Source of the DNA: Mobula hypostoma
Lineage: Eukaryota
Length of the DNA stretch: 64,000 bases
Assembly: GCF_963921235.1 (NCBI RefSeq)
Contig: NC_086102.1
Span: 141,856,001-141,920,000, forward strand
Direction: 5' to 3'
Shown here: in pieces, positions 62,690 to 64,000 of the stretch
Numbering within the stretch: position 1 is the stretch's first letter
How the letters are laid out: each line of letters begins with the position of its first letter
The notes under the pieces: generated by a model
Databases searched by the model: none
What the model was told of the DNA's origin: nothing
Seen by the model: the letters and a program-made list of their open reading frames with translations, nothing else
Program-made: the position numbers and the translations under genes

Positions 62690-64000
62690 ACACTCACACA
62701 TTTGAAGATACGCAAATAGCTGAAGTTAAAATGGATATGTTAAAAGGTGTTATAAAAATATTTTTCACAACTTGAAAAATACTGGCAATGATAATATTCA
62801 TAATTATTGACATTAAAAATAAACTTGCCTTCATCCATGCCTATTAATACATGTCAACAATTTTCTTAAAAGTCCTGAAAAAGGGCTCACATTTTTGACA
62901 GAAGTTAAAACTTACCTCTTATCTAAAGGAGAAATCACAAATGGCCTATCAAAGTATTGCTTGGTTACAAACTATATACAAAAATTGTATGCATTCCACA
63001 TCTAATTTCCACTCACTTAGATATCCACTATATACCTACAGTGGTAGAAAGAAGAGCAGAAAGGATGCTGTAAGGGCATGAAAGGATGCAAAGCACAACT
63101 GATAATAGATTCTGTAATTCCAAATCAAGCCTGGAGGAAAAGCAGAAGTCTTTCATGTTGTTATATTTGATTCTGTCCCAGACACATGGTTAATAGGAGT
63201 TCTTTATATATATAACCTACACCCAATATTTGTTAAATTCCTATAACATCTGATGAAGCATTTTGTCTGTTAACAAGACAAAAAAAAAATACAACCACCA
63301 TTATCAAAATAAATTGAGGCATTTTCCAGGGTGATTCTGTAAGCCCACTATAGTTTTGTCTAGCTTTAAATCTGCTCTCTAATTTACTGAATCGGATGAA
63401 AATAGGGTACCAGATAAGAAATAGATTACACCATGACACATGGACGATTTGAAATTATATACTCCTTTATCAATAAAGTCAGATAAAACTTTTGAGGGTA
63501 TAGTTTCATCAATGAAAACAAGGTTCAGTATTTTATGTTAGCATATGCAATTTTGATAAGTAATCACACGACTAAACTTAAATGAATGCCAAACCCAGAT
63601 AAATGAAGAAAATATCACTATAGAAGAAAAAGATAACCAATGGAAGAGCATGACCCTCCACGGAACACATCCCCATGATCTGAGCAGACCAGTTGTCAAC
63701 AAGAAAGCATAAAATACTTGACTCTGTGTTGGAAACCTCTTCCCAGAAATAGAAGGATTTCTTGTGGCATTACAGGAGCAGTTTGATTACACAAATAATT
63801 ATCAAAAATACATAATAAAAGACCAAAGAATTCAAGACAACAGAAGCAGAAAATGCAAGGAGAAACCAGAAACAATCCAGCATATTACAAGATCCTGTAA
63901 CATTTTAACGCAATCAGATTATTCACACAGGGATAACCAAGAGGCAAACACAATTTACCAAAATCTTGCTTTAAAATACAAACTCATAAAGGACCCCACA
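62690..64000 (+). mobile_element. R4/Dong-type LINE relic (runs off the window)
   Basis: Collinear with 35110-37200, with GIFQGDSVSP and RKCKEKPETIQHI remnants. Confidence 0.75.

Noticed and set aside
1-64000. Prokaryotic systems (retron, DGR, CRISPR, operons), tRNA or rRNA genes
   Set aside because: All the RTs are eukaryotic LINE or Penelope types, the genes have spliceosomal introns, and I recognised no repeat-spacer arrays or tRNA/rRNA sequences.

Overview
Eukaryotic, repeat-dense genomic DNA. The crystallin sequence and the repeat repertoire suggest a cartilaginous fish (inference). The only host genes I can support are five tandem, same-strand (+) gamma-crystallin genes, similar to shark 'gamma-crystallin S-1'. 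Each has three exons (9 + 243 + 276 coding nt, 175 aa), a TATA box and an AATAAA signal. Most of the rest is nested transposable elements or their relics: CR1 LINEs, Rex1/Babar-type LINEs, R4/Dong and HERO restriction-endonuclease-like LINEs, an RTE fragment, two Neptune-type Penelope-like elements carrying minimal hammerhead ribozymes, a solo LTR and a Buster/Charlie-type hAT transposon. The most notable observations are these. (i) Intron 1 has a non-canonical GC-AG donor in 4 of 5 crystallin copies and GT in copy 4. (ii) Shared and empty TE insertion sites show that copies 2-3 and 4-5 arose as a two-gene block duplication. (iii) Intron 1 of copy 3 contradicts that genealogy, pointing to gene conversion. 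(iv) The Penelope elements carry hammerhead motifs. I found no evidence for a wholly new biological system. TE boundaries without a target-site duplication (TSD) are approximate.
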